Source: Clostridiales bacterium
Lineage (GTDB): Bacteria; Bacillota; Clostridia; Christensenellales; UBA1750
Assembly (NCBI GenBank): GCA_015056005.1
Contig: SVHB01000001.1
Coordinates: 18,799 to 82,798 of the forward strand
Reading direction: 5' to 3'
DNA length: 64,000 nucleotides
Numbering within the stretch: the stretch's first letter is position 1; each line of letters starts with the position of its first letter. Under the pieces are notes generated by a model. That model saw nothing but the letters and a program-made list of their open reading frames with translations. It had not been told where the DNA came from and did not search any database. Position numbers and translations under genes: made by a program. Of this stretch, positions 8,805-18,312 are shown piece by piece.

Positions 8805-9710
8805 ATGATAGGAAATTTCTTTAACCGCATGTACAACGGCAACAGCAACAAGAGCGATTATACCAAGGATGATCTTCCGGGAAATCGCTGGCAGCTGTTC
8901 TTTTCGATGGTGAAGCTTAACTTCGGCAAGCTCATCAATGTCAACCTTGTTTTCTTCATCTTTCTGATCCCTACTGTGATCTGGTTAAGCACTAATATTC
9001 AGCTCATTGCCGGTTCCATCGAAGCGGGCGATCAGACCCTCGCATGGAGCTATTTTGCAATGACCGCCTACGGTATGCTGCCCTGCTATCTTGTAATGAC
9101 CTTCGGTCTTATCCCCATGACCTATATTACAAGAAACATGGCGCGCGACGAAAACGTCTGGATCTGGTCCGACTTCAAAAAGTCCATTAAGGAAAACTGG
9201 AAGCAGGGGCTTGTGCTTTCGCTGTTAAACGGTCTTTTCACGATACTGGCGATCATCGGCTCAAGGTTCTATGATATTATGTATCAGGACGGCGGCAATA
9301 TGGTATACTTCATCGGCAGCACCGCTGTCAAGGTTATAGGCGCAGTTTGGGCGCTTATGAACTTCTATATGTGGCCCATGCTGGTGACCTATGAGCTCAA
9401 GATCAAGGATATCGTTAAAAACTCCCTTGTGCTCTGCCTTGGCAGGCTTCCTTATACTCTGTTCATGGCGCTGTTTACTCTGCTCGTACCCGTCATTCTT
9501 GCTTTGGCTACCAACATCTGGGTGTATTTTGTGATCTTTGTTCTGTATGTGTTCCTTGCCTTTGCGCTCAACTCCATGGCGATAAACTCTGTTACCAACG
9601 CTATATTTGATAAGCACATCAACTCCCGTATCAAGGGCGCAAGGATCAACAGAGGTCTGAGGATCGAGTTTGACGACGACGATGATGACGAGGACGAAGC
9701 GGGAGAATAG
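8805..9710 (+). CDS. YesL-family (DUF624) integral membrane protein
   Basis: 301 aa with RBS AAGGAG. It has the N-terminal NRWQLFFSMVKLNFGKLINVNLVFFIFLIPTV signature and multiple TM segments. The C-terminal tail DDDDDDEDEAGE is acidic. Confidence 0.7.
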   Translation: MIGNFFNRMYNGNSNKSDYTKDDLPGNRWQLFFSMVKLNFGKLINVNLVFFIFLIPTVIWLSTNIQLIAGSIEAGDQTLAWSYFAMTAYGMLPCYLVMTFGLIPMTYITRNMARDENVWIWSDFKKSIKENWKQGLVLSLLNGLFTILAIIGSRFYDIMYQDGGNMVYFIGSTAVKVIGAVWALMNFYMWPMLVTYELKIKDIVKNSLVLCLGRLPYTLFMALFTLLVPVILALATNIWVYFVIFVLYVFLAFALNSMAINSVTNAIFDKHINSRIKGARINRGLRIEFDDDDDDEDEAGE

Positions 9711-9712
9711 CG

Positions 9713-10444
9713 ATGGCGGCAAATAGCCAATATAAGGATATGGCGGCGCTTTACGAATTAATGACGGACGATTATGACCACAGCAAATGGTGCGATTTTT
9801 ACATGGATATCGCGTCTCTTAGGCGCGGTATGAATGTGTACGAAGCGGGCTGCGGTACCGGGCTTATGACAAGGCAGCTGCTCAAAAGAGGATTGAAGCT
9901 CATATCCAGCGATATTTCCGATGAAATGCTAAGACAGGCTCAGCAAAAAAGCGCGATGGGGCAAAGGGCGGTATTCGTCAAATGCGATATGCGCGAGATG
10001 GAAAGCCCAAAGCCGGTCGACGCTGTTATATGCGCCTGCGATGGGGTCAACTATCTGACCGAGGGCGCCGAGAGGTTCTTCCTTGCGGCAAAAAAAGCGC
10101 TCAAGAAGGGCGGAAAGCTCTGCTTTGATATTTCCTCGGAGTATAAGCTGAGGAATATGGCGGGTCAGGTGTTTTTTGACGACAGGGATGAATATACTTA
10201 CATGTGGACAAATTCTCTTGACGAGGAAAACTCCCTCATAACGATGGAGCTCGCATTCTTCGTTCCCGACGGAGAGGGAAAATACGAGCGCTTTGATGAA
10301 CGCCATGTGCAAAGGATATATTCTGTAAACGAGATAAACGAAATGCTTTTGTCCTGCGGCTTTGAAAATATCGAGGTCTACGCAGATCAGTCAAAGGAAC
10401 CGCCCAAAGCGGATTCTTTGCGCATACATTTTGCGGCGTGGTAA
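9713..10444 (+). CDS. Class I SAM-dependent methyltransferase
   Basis: 243 aa. Motif I is VYEAGCGTGLMT and post-I is ISSDISDEM. It starts 2 nt after the preceding stop codon. Confidence 0.8.
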   Translation: MAANSQYKDMAALYELMTDDYDHSKWCDFYMDIASLRRGMNVYEAGCGTGLMTRQLLKRGLKLISSDISDEMLRQAQQKSAMGQRAVFVKCDMREMESPKPVDAVICACDGVNYLTEGAERFFLAAKKALKKGGKLCFDISSEYKLRNMAGQVFFDDRDEYTYMWTNSLDEENSLITMELAFFVPDGEGKYERFDERHVQRIYSVNEINEMLLSCGFENIEVYADQSKEPPKADSLRIHFAAW

Positions 10445-10469
10445 AAAGCCGCTTTGATAGGTGATTATT

Positions 10470-11336
10470 ATGATAATGGATAAAATTAACTGCTATCTTC
10501 TTTGCAACGGTCAGGCAAGAGCGTATGTGGCAAGGACCACTCAAATGGCAGATAAGGCAAGGGAGACCCACGGTCTTTCCCATACTGCAGCGGCAGCGCT
10601 TGGAAGGACGCTCACCTGCGCCGCGATAATGGGCGTTCAGATGAAAAACGACGACGATTCTCTTTCCGTGGTCTTCGCAGGCGACGGTCCTTTGGGCAAA
10701 ATAACCGTTGCGGCAAAGAACGACGGCAGCGTAAAGGGCTATGTTGAAAATCCCACCCTTGAGCTCATGAGAAGACCCGACGGCAAGCTGAACGTTGGCG
10801 GCGCTGTCGGCCTTGGCAGAATGACCGTTATAAAGGATTTGGGTCTGAGAGAACCCTATGTTGGTACCACCGAGCTGATCTCTGGCGAGATCGCAGAGGA
10901 TTTTGCTTATTATTTCGCCGTTTCCGAGCAGCAGCCCTGCGCTGTCGCCCTTGGCGTAAAGCTTGAAAACGACAAGGTCATAAGCGCCGGCGGCGTTATC
11001 CTTCAGCCCCTTCCCGGCTGCTCAGAAGAGGTTCTGCAGTTCCTTGAAAGCAGCGTTCCGCTCATCACCGATGTGAGCTCCCTTTTTGAGGGCAATACCG
11101 CAGACGAGGTAGGACAGATACTTTTCTACCCCGTGCAGCATTCGCTCGAGGGTACTTTTGATGTAAAGTATAATTGTGACTGCTCAAGGGAAAGGCTTGA
11201 AAAGCTGCTCATCACCCTTGGAAAAGACGAACTTCAGGATATGATTGACAAGCAGGGCGGCGCTGAGCTCACCTGCCATTTCTGCAACAAAAAATATTGG
11301 TTCTCTGCCGATGATCTCAGGCAGCTCATGCAGTAG
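10470..11336 (+). CDS. hslO: Hsp33-family redox-regulated chaperone
   Basis: The C-terminal zinc centre is CDCSRERLEKLL...CHFCNKKY (CXC...CXXC). The body is Hsp33-like. The ATG at 10470 is preferred over the GTG at 10461 because AGGTGA lies about 6 nt upstream of it. Confidence 0.85.
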   Translation: MIMDKINCYLLCNGQARAYVARTTQMADKARETHGLSHTAAAALGRTLTCAAIMGVQMKNDDDSLSVVFAGDGPLGKITVAAKNDGSVKGYVENPTLELMRRPDGKLNVGGAVGLGRMTVIKDLGLREPYVGTTELISGEIAEDFAYYFAVSEQQPCAVALGVKLENDKVISAGGVILQPLPGCSEEVLQFLESSVPLITDVSSLFEGNTADEVGQILFYPVQHSLEGTFDVKYNCDCSRERLEKLLITLGKDELQDMIDKQGGAELTCHFCNKKYWFSADDLRQLMQ

Positions 11337-11342
11337 GAGTGT

Positions 11343-12833
11343 ATGTTCATGGCTCGTGAAATGATCCTCGTTCTGGATTTCGGAGGAAATCAGGCGCAGC
11401 TTGCCGCACGAATGATCAGAAATGCCAAGGTTTATTGTCAGGTAATGCCTGCCGATACTCCCCTTGGCGTAATAAAGGAAAAAGCCCCCGCGGGCATAGT
11501 CTGCGTGGGCGATTCAAAGATCGATATTCAGGATTCGGGTATTGCGTTTAATTCCGATATATTCGCTCTTTGCGTGCCGATACTCGCCATGGGCTCGGCC
11601 TGCAGGGCGCTCTGCCTTGCAGTGGGCGGAAGGCTTGATGGGGTGGTGCTCAATAACGCGATAAGAACGCTCAACCTTCCCGAAACCACTCTGTTTGAAG
11701 GCGTGGGCGGGGCGATGCGCCGCTTTGCAAGAGCCGACAGGATGATACTGCCAAAGGGCTTCTCAGTGCTCTGCGCCGTTGACGGTGCTGTGCTTGCTAT
11801 GACCAACGATGCTCTTAAATGCACCGGCGTTCAGTTCGCACCCGAGACCAACGACATTGACAGCCAGCACCTGCTCTCCAATTTTGCGCTCCATGTCTGC
11901 AGATGCAGCCCCAAATGGACAATGCGCGTATTTCTTGAGGATACAATCTCTCAGATCAGGGAAAAGGTGGGAAGCAAAAAGGCGTTTATGCTGCTTTCGG
12001 GCGGTATCGATACCTCTGTCTGCGCTATGCTCATGCACAGAGCGATAGGCGACAGGCTGCATTGCGTGTTTATAGATAACGGCGTTTTGCGCATCAACGA
12101 AGCCGACGATGTAGACAGGCTTTTTAATGATATCCTCGGCGTTAAGATACAAAGGGTCGACGCGGGCGAAAGGTTTATGACCGCGCTTTCCGGTATAGCA
12201 AGCCCCGAAAGAAAGCGCGCCGTTTTCAATCAGATGACATTGAATGTGCTCAAGGAAGAGCTTGAAAAGGTGAACGAACCCTGCTTTGCCGTGAAGGGCA
12301 CAATATATACAGATGTGCTTGAGCGCACTCCCAGCACTACGGTTGATAAGCTCACCGGGTTTGAAGGCGTAATTGAGCCGCTCGCCGAGCTTTTCAAGGA
12401 CGAGGTGAGGGCGCTTGGCGAAATGCTGGGCATCCCGTCCAACGTCGTTTACCGTCAGCCCTTCCCGCAGATGGGACTGATCAAAAGATGCGTTGGCGAG
12501 GTTAATCAGGAAAAGATCGATATCCTCGGCAAAGCCGACAGCATAGTCAGGCAGGAGATCGAGTCCGCAGGCGTGCTTCGCGGCACCTATCAGTGCTTCG
12601 CGGTCATCAGCGATACCAAGACCACCTGCATTGTGGACGATATGGTCGCAAGCGGTTATATGATCGCCGTAAGAGCGGTAAACATCGTTGAGCAGAACCA
12701 CGCCGTTGCCGCAAGACTTCCGTATGAGCTCATCGAAAGGATAGTAGAGCGCATAACCAAAGAGATCCCGGGCGTTTCAAGGGTCGTATACGATATGACA
12801 GGTAAACCTTCGGCTACGGTGGAATGGGAATAA
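11343..12833 (+). CDS. guaA: GMP synthase (GuaA) family protein with an apparently degenerate glutaminase domain
   Basis: 496 aa. The ATP-pyrophosphatase P-loop is LLSGGIDTSVCA. The GuaA-type C-terminus is ...VYDMTGKPSATVEWE. The N-terminal GATase-like fold is present, but the catalytic residues are not conserved (see findings). Confidence 0.75.
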   Translation: MFMAREMILVLDFGGNQAQLAARMIRNAKVYCQVMPADTPLGVIKEKAPAGIVCVGDSKIDIQDSGIAFNSDIFALCVPILAMGSACRALCLAVGGRLDGVVLNNAIRTLNLPETTLFEGVGGAMRRFARADRMILPKGFSVLCAVDGAVLAMTNDALKCTGVQFAPETNDIDSQHLLSNFALHVCRCSPKWTMRVFLEDTISQIREKVGSKKAFMLLSGGIDTSVCAMLMHRAIGDRLHCVFIDNGVLRINEADDVDRLFNDILGVKIQRVDAGERFMTALSGIASPERKRAVFNQMTLNVLKEELEKVNEPCFAVKGTIYTDVLERTPSTTVDKLTGFEGVIEPLAELFKDEVRALGEMLGIPSNVVYRQPFPQMGLIKRCVGEVNQEKIDILGKADSIVRQEIESAGVLRGTYQCFAVISDTKTTCIVDDMVASGYMIAVRAVNIVEQNHAVAARLPYELIERIVERITKEIPGVSRVVYDMTGKPSATVEWE

Positions 12834-13194
12834 TTTCAAGGAGGCGCTTTCAAGGCTAAAGAGCTGTAAGAGCGCCTGTTTTGCGCAGATGTAACAGAAG
12901 TGTTTTACTGTTCATGATCAATGAGCCGCAGAAAGAATAGATAAGGAAATGAGCGACTCAAGCAATTTTGTTATTTAATTACACTCTCATTCACGCTTTT
13001 TATTGAGAAAAGATGCGGTTTGTGTGTCAACGGCAAAGGAATTGTTTGATAAAGCATATGAATACGGTTCTTTTGGTATAGGATATGATTTTGTAAAATC
13101 TGGATAATGAGGACCTGTCAGCTGTGATAAGCAGCGCTGACGGGACAGAGTTTTTGACCTGCGCATACATACGCTTTGCTATGGGAGTTCTGAA

Positions 13195-13935
13195 ATGAAG
13201 AATCGGAAGATGATGTACCGCTCGCACAGAGGCGGAGTTTATTACACGCCCGAAAATACCATGCCGGCTTTTGAAGACGCGCTGAAAAAAGGATTTGAGT
13301 ATATAGAGACCGATCCTCAGTATACAAAGGACGGAAGTATTATCCTTATGCACGACGATACCATAAACCGAACCTGCCGAAATTCCGATGGTTCAAAGAT
13401 CGAAGAGCGCATTGCGGTGAACAGTATTACCTATGAAGAGCTGCTTGGGTATGATGCCGGAATTGCTTGGGGAGAGCAGTTTAAGGGAGTGAAAGTTCCT
13501 TTGCTTGACGAGCTTCTTTCGGCTGCAGAAGAAAGCGGTACTATCATTGCGCTGGATAAGAAGATAAGCACGGACAGGATAGGGCCTTTGCTTGACCTGA
13601 TCGCAAAGTATGATACCAAAGTCTGTTTCAGCACTTCCGACTGCGAAAGGATACGCAGGATACAGGCGCGTTTCCCCGATGCTATGTTTGATTATGATGT
13701 TAATATATCAGAGGCTGATTTGCGGGAAGTGACATCGCTGGTGAAGCCTGAGAATCTGATAGTATGGCTCTATATGGACAAGCCGAATTTTTCATGGCTG
13801 GCTGATAAGGCGAAGGTATCAAAGGAAAGATGTGAGCTTGTAAAGAGATATGCAAGGCTTGGGATCGGAAATATCAATAACCCGTATGATGTGATGGAAG
13901 CGCTTGAGTTTGATCCGGATGTGCTGGAAGTTTAG
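13195..13935 (+). CDS. Glycerophosphodiester phosphodiesterase (GDPD) family protein
   Basis: 246 aa. It has HRGG...PENTMPAFEDALKKGFEYIETDPQYTKDGSIILMHDDTINRT, the canonical GDPD N-terminal catalytic motif set. Confidence 0.8.
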   Translation: MKNRKMMYRSHRGGVYYTPENTMPAFEDALKKGFEYIETDPQYTKDGSIILMHDDTINRTCRNSDGSKIEERIAVNSITYEELLGYDAGIAWGEQFKGVKVPLLDELLSAAEESGTIIALDKKISTDRIGPLLDLIAKYDTKVCFSTSDCERIRRIQARFPDAMFDYDVNISEADLREVTSLVKPENLIVWLYMDKPNFSWLADKAKVSKERCELVKRYARLGIGNINNPYDVMEALEFDPDVLEV

Positions 13936-13953
13936 CTATACTTTTGAATACCT

Positions 13954-14193
13954 TTACGGTTCCAGATTATCCTCGTAAAACAGGGGAGAAGCAAAAAATT
14001 CGGTGATACTGATACCAAATCCTTGGCACAGTTCATGGATGATGCGGAGTTTTACGGAATCATAAGAGCAGTTTACTACATTGCCGATGGTGGATTTCGG
14101 TACACCGCTTTTTATGTAGAGCTGATACTGTGTCATACCATGCTCTTGAAGCAATTCGGTCAGCCTTTTGCTGATCGCTTCGTTCAGTTTCAT
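13954..14193 (-). CDS. XRE-family helix-turn-helix transcriptional regulator
   Basis: About 79 aa from the ATG at 14193. LTELLQEHGMTQYQLYIKSGVPKSTIGNVVN is a typical Cro/C1-type HTH. It is divergent from the next gene. Confidence 0.8.
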   Translation of the reverse strand: MKLNEAISKRLTELLQEHGMTQYQLYIKSGVPKSTIGNVVNCSYDSVKLRIIHELCQGFGISITEFFASPLFYEDNLEP

Positions 14194-14317
14194 TTCCACC
14201 ACCGTCCCTGCTGCTTTACTAAAATTATTATAGGAACGATAGCTGTACTAATAGTCCCTGCACCTGTACTATTGCGCTTTTTTGTGCTAAACTATACGTC
14301 GTACAGGGGGTGTGGAA

Positions 14318-14764
14318 ATGATAATTACATTCTGCGGACACAGCAGTGTTGCAAACCCTGAAAACGTCAGGGCGTGGCTGGATGATGTATTGGAACAATT
14401 TATATATGAGGAGGACGTGTCTTTCTATCTTGGTGGTTACGGTGGTTTTGACCATCTTGCAGCCTATGTTGTAAAAAACAAACTTAATCTGAATCCAAGT
14501 GCTAAAGCTGTTCTTGTCATTCCGTATCTGAATAAAAAGTATGATGAAGATGGATTTGATCATACTTTGTTTCCTCCGTTGGAATCTGTTCCGCCGCGTT
14601 ATGCCATTTCAAGGCGAAATGAGTGGATGGTAGCACAGGCTGATGTTGTTATTGCATATGTAACACATGATTGGGGCGGTGCAGCGAAAACGCTGGGATA
14701 TGCGCGAGCAAAAAAGAAACCGATAATAATATACCCGGAGATCTGTTACGACAGTTTAGAATGA
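14318..14764 (+). CDS. SLOG-fold protein (DUF1273/YpsA-like)
   Basis: About 148 aa. It has IITFCGH..., LGGYGGFDHLAA (Rossmann-like Gly-rich loop) and ...RRNEWMVAQADVVIAYVTHDWGGAAKTLGYARAKKKPII. This matches the SLOG/DUF1273 pattern. The ATG at 14318 has AGGGGG about 7 nt upstream. Confidence 0.6.
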   Translation: MIITFCGHSSVANPENVRAWLDDVLEQFIYEEDVSFYLGGYGGFDHLAAYVVKNKLNLNPSAKAVLVIPYLNKKYDEDGFDHTLFPPLESVPPRYAISRRNEWMVAQADVVIAYVTHDWGGAAKTLGYARAKKKPIIIYPEICYDSLE

Positions 14765-14886
14765 CCTTTGATTATATCTAAATGGGGCATATATGATATG
14801 CCCCTTGATTCTTTTGGAAAAAATCAGTTATAATACTTACATACAACCCATTATACAGACAGCAGCTGTAAAAAGGAGCGTATTCA

Positions 14887-17800
14887 ATGAGCTTTTTAGA
14901 TGTTATTAAGCAGCCGCCCAAACAGTTCAGCCCTGCCGCGTTCTGGTTTTGGTACGACGAATTGAAGCCGGATGAGATGCGCAGACAGATAAATATGATG
15001 GCTGAACAGGGTGTGCACAACGCTTTTATGCATGCCAGAGCGTATTTGAAAACGCAGTATCTTGAGGAAGACTGGTGGAAAGCCGTTGCAGCCTGCATCG
15101 ACGAGGGAAAAAAGATAGGCTTTTATCCTTGGCTGTATGATGAATACGCATGGCCCAGCGGAACTGCGGGCAGCACCTTCCAGTATGGGTATCAAAAGTG
15201 GTCGCGTACCCTTTCAAAGGGTGAATGCAATATGGCAAAATATCTTTCTGCCAAAAGATATACTTCATTTGATGAGTTCTGTTTGGACAGGAAGGATAAA
15301 AGCCTGGTGGCTGCGTTTTTTGTAAAAGACGGAAAATGGCAGCTTATTTACGATGAAGCTTCTGTACAGGGCGGTATAACCGCCTTTTATTACGAATATT
15401 CTCAAAGGTTTGTCGATTATCTCAATCCGGATACGATAAAGGAGTTTATTTCATATACCCATGAGGAATACAAAAAGCGCTTTGGCGAATTTTTCGGAAA
15501 CGTAGTCCCCGGTATCTTTTTCGATGAGATATTCATGATAGCGAAAATGCCATGGACTTGGCGTTTTGCCGACGAGTTCAAAAACCGCATGGGGTATGAT
15601 ATTATTCCGCATCTCTATGCTCTCACAGAAGACGGCGAGGAAGAGCGAAGGATCAGGAATGATTACTTTACCGTGGTATCTCAGCTTTATGAGGAAGCGT
15701 TCTTCGTTCAGATATCCAAATGGTGCAGGGAGAATTCTCTTGAGCTGACGGGGCATATAGAGGAGCATTTCAGCCAGCACCCGGGTCGTCAGGGACAGTT
15801 TTTCAACAATATGCGCCATCTTGATATTCCCGGCGCGGATTGCCACGATTACAGGTATCGTTTCCCGAGAAAGATCACCTATAGGGAACCCAAATTTGCC
15901 GTATCTGTCGGGCGTGCTTATGGGAAAAAGCGCATGATGTCGGAAGCCTTCGGCGGCGCGGGCTGGGGCTGCTCGCTTCAGCAGTATAAGCGCGGGGTGA
16001 ACACTCTGGGCGCAATGGGCATCAATATGATAACCCTGCACGGGTTTTATTCTCAGTGTGTAAGTCAGGGCGAACAGGCCGACTGGCCCGCAAGCTTCTT
16101 TTTCCAGAATCCCTACTGGAGATATTTTAAGCATATGGCAGATTATATGGGAAGGATCTGCTATATGAATTCATTGGGCGAGCCCATAGTCGATGTGGGG
16201 CTTTATTATCCCATTGACGAGATGCAGAAGGAGACCGTCTTTGCCGCACCCACTAAAAACGGTATGAGGCTGGATGAGGCATGGAACGGAGCCATGAATG
16301 CTCTTATCGAAAATCAGATCGATGTGGATATGATAGACGAAGAAAGCATTCTTTTATCAAGGATCGAGGACGGAAGGCTGCTTGCGGGCGTGCAGAAATT
16401 CAGGGTGATACTTTGCCCCGATGTAATGGAGCCCTCCTATGCTTTAAGAACAAAGCTTGAAGAGTTTGAACGATCGGGCGGCAGGGTAGTTTACTATGCC
16501 TGCGGCGATGAAAGCGATAAAGCTGCGGTGAAGACCGAGGATCTGCCCTCTGTAATTGAAAAGATGTTTATGCCCGATGTAAAGGTCATATCGGGTGCGC
16601 GCGATAACCTTTATGTAAACCACAGGAAGATCGAGGATAAGGAAGTATATTTCATCGCAAGCTCAGCCAAAAGAGCGCGCAGCATAAAGCTTATGCTGAG
16701 GGAAAAAGGCGCGGTAAGACGGATTAGCCCCGAGGATGGATGCCTAAGCAGCGTTTCATATAAGATCACCGGAAACGGGACCGAGGCAGAGCTTTCTCTT
16801 GAACCCGACGAAGCCTGCTGGCTGATAGTTTATCCAAGTGAAGAGCATCTGCCCTTTAATGAAGAAATTATCCGCGAAGAGCTTTCCGTTATGGGCAAAT
16901 GGGAATTTTTGCCCATAGGAAAAGAAATTTCGGGAAGCAAGCAGCCTGAAATCGATGAATGCGAGCTTGAGATACCCATCGCAGCGTTTTCTTCAAAGCT
17001 GCATCCGGATTCAAGGCGGATAAGGATAAAGAATACAGCATCCGAAAAGGGAAATGTCGGGCGGCACCTTAGCCTTTGGGATGCAAACTGGATCACCCGC
17101 AGGTTTGACTGGACGGACAGCTCCATGAAAAAAGAGCTGTATCTGCGCCGCAGGTTCGAGCTTGAGGCTTCTCCGGATAAGGCTGTGATGTGCATTGCAT
17201 CTGTAAACGAATGGACGCTTTGGATAAACGGGAAAAGAATTGCGGAGTCGAAAGAGGCAAGGAAGCCTTTGGATATTGATATAAGGGATCATTTGCGCGC
17301 GGGTGAAAACCTTATCGCCGTGAAGGTCACAAACAATACCCCGATGGAGCATTTCAACCTTCTGTCGGTTGATGCTCTGCGCCCTGAGGAGATGATATCC
17401 CTTCTGGCGCAGGCAAAGATCACCATGGGCGATAAAATTTTTACGCTCATAACGGATGAAACATGGGAAGCAAACGATAATTATATCGAAGGCTGGGAAA
17501 AAATCGATTACAGACCTGAGATATACCTTGCACATTCCACTGATTCCCAATCCTTTGGTGATAACGATATAAGATGGACCCAAAGCTGGAATCGCGGCTG
17601 CCCGCCGATGCTGCCCTGGGGCGATTTGCCGCTGTTCGGAGAAAATATAACATATCCTCAGCTTGTCTCATACAGCATTATTTTGCCTGCCGGAACTAAA
17701 AGTATATATTATCCAAAAGTTTCGGGCAGCGATATCAGGATCACTGTGGACGGCATTGAGCCGGTTTGGGAAAACGGCGCTTGCAGGATAAAGAATAACG

Positions 17801-18306
17801 GGCTTACCCATCAGCTGCAGATAGTACTTAATGCAGAAAGCGCAGCGGACGGTCTAAGCGAAAATGTGCGCGTATGCGTATCTGCTTTCAGAGACAGCCT
17901 TTGCGATTGGCGGCTTTACGGGCTTGAGTGGTATTCGGGCTTTGCAAGATATCGCAACAGGCTGAATGTGAACAAAAAGCAGGGGAGATACCTGCTCGAT
18001 CTGGGCAGGGTTTCCTTCCAGGCGGAGGTTTGGGTGAACGGGAAGCACGCGGGAGACCGTGTCTGGGAGCCTTACAGGCTTGATGTCACCGACCTTATAA
18101 AAGAAGGCGAAAATGATTTTGTGATCATAGTTTCAAATTCCGCTGCGGTCGAAAGGCAGTTCATGCTGGTCGACGAGGGCGCTGCGCTTGGCTGGAACAG
18201 GTACTGGAACGAGGATAACATACGCAGAGAGGGCGAAAACCTTGTATCGGGTCTTGAAGGTCCCGTAATGCTTATAAGAAAGGAAACGCCCGATAATACA
18301 TACTGA
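14887..18306 (+). CDS. Large glycoside-hydrolase-like protein (jelly-roll / GH106-like type), paralogue of 4371-7487
   Basis: 1139 aa with RBS AAAGGAG. The N-terminus is ...FSPAAFWFWYDELKPDEMRRQINMMAEQGVHNAFMHARAYL. The C-terminus has a GH2-N-like sugar-binding jelly roll (FQAEVWVNGKHAGDRVWEPYRLDVTDLIKEGENDFVIIVSN). Confidence 0.6.
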   Translation: MSFLDVIKQPPKQFSPAAFWFWYDELKPDEMRRQINMMAEQGVHNAFMHARAYLKTQYLEEDWWKAVAACIDEGKKIGFYPWLYDEYAWPSGTAGSTFQYGYQKWSRTLSKGECNMAKYLSAKRYTSFDEFCLDRKDKSLVAAFFVKDGKWQLIYDEASVQGGITAFYYEYSQRFVDYLNPDTIKEFISYTHEEYKKRFGEFFGNVVPGIFFDEIFMIAKMPWTWRFADEFKNRMGYDIIPHLYALTEDGEEERRIRNDYFTVVSQLYEEAFFVQISKWCRENSLELTGHIEEHFSQHPGRQGQFFNNMRHLDIPGADCHDYRYRFPRKITYREPKFAVSVGRAYGKKRMMSEAFGGAGWGCSLQQYKRGVNTLGAMGINMITLHGFYSQCVSQGEQADWPASFFFQNPYWRYFKHMADYMGRICYMNSLGEPIVDVGLYYPIDEMQKETVFAAPTKNGMRLDEAWNGAMNALIENQIDVDMIDEESILLSRIEDGRLLAGVQKFRVILCPDVMEPSYALRTKLEEFERSGGRVVYYACGDESDKAAVKTEDLPSVIEKMFMPDVKVISGARDNLYVNHRKIEDKEVYFIASSAKRARSIKLMLREKGAVRRISPEDGCLSSVSYKITGNGTEAELSLEPDEACWLIVYPSEEHLPFNEEIIREELSVMGKWEFLPIGKEISGSKQPEIDECELEIPIAAFSSKLHPDSRRIRIKNTASEKGNVGRHLSLWDANWITRRFDWTDSSMKKELYLRRRFELEASPDKAVMCIASVNEWTLWINGKRIAESKEARKPLDIDIRDHLRAGENLIAVKVTNNTPMEHFNLLSVDALRPEEMISLLAQAKITMGDKIFTLITDETWEANDNYIEGWEKIDYRPEIYLAHSTDSQSFGDNDIRWTQSWNRGCPPMLPWGDLPLFGENITYPQLVSYSIILPAGTKSIYYPKVSGSDIRITVDGIEPVWENGACRIKNNGLTHQLQIVLNAESAADGLSENVRVCVSAFRDSLCDWRLYGLEWYSGFARYRNRLNVNKKQGRYLLDLGRVSFQAEVWVNGKHAGDRVWEPYRLDVTDLIKEGENDFVIIVSNSAAVERQFMLVDEGAALGWNRYWNEDNIRREGENLVSGLEGPVMLIRKETPDNTY

Positions 18307-18312
18307 AATGCG

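Noticed and set aside
13027-13353. 108-aa minus-strand ORF overlapping the GDPD gene start.
   Set aside because: It overlaps a motif-supported plus-strand gene and an intergenic region. It has no RBS or recognisable domain.
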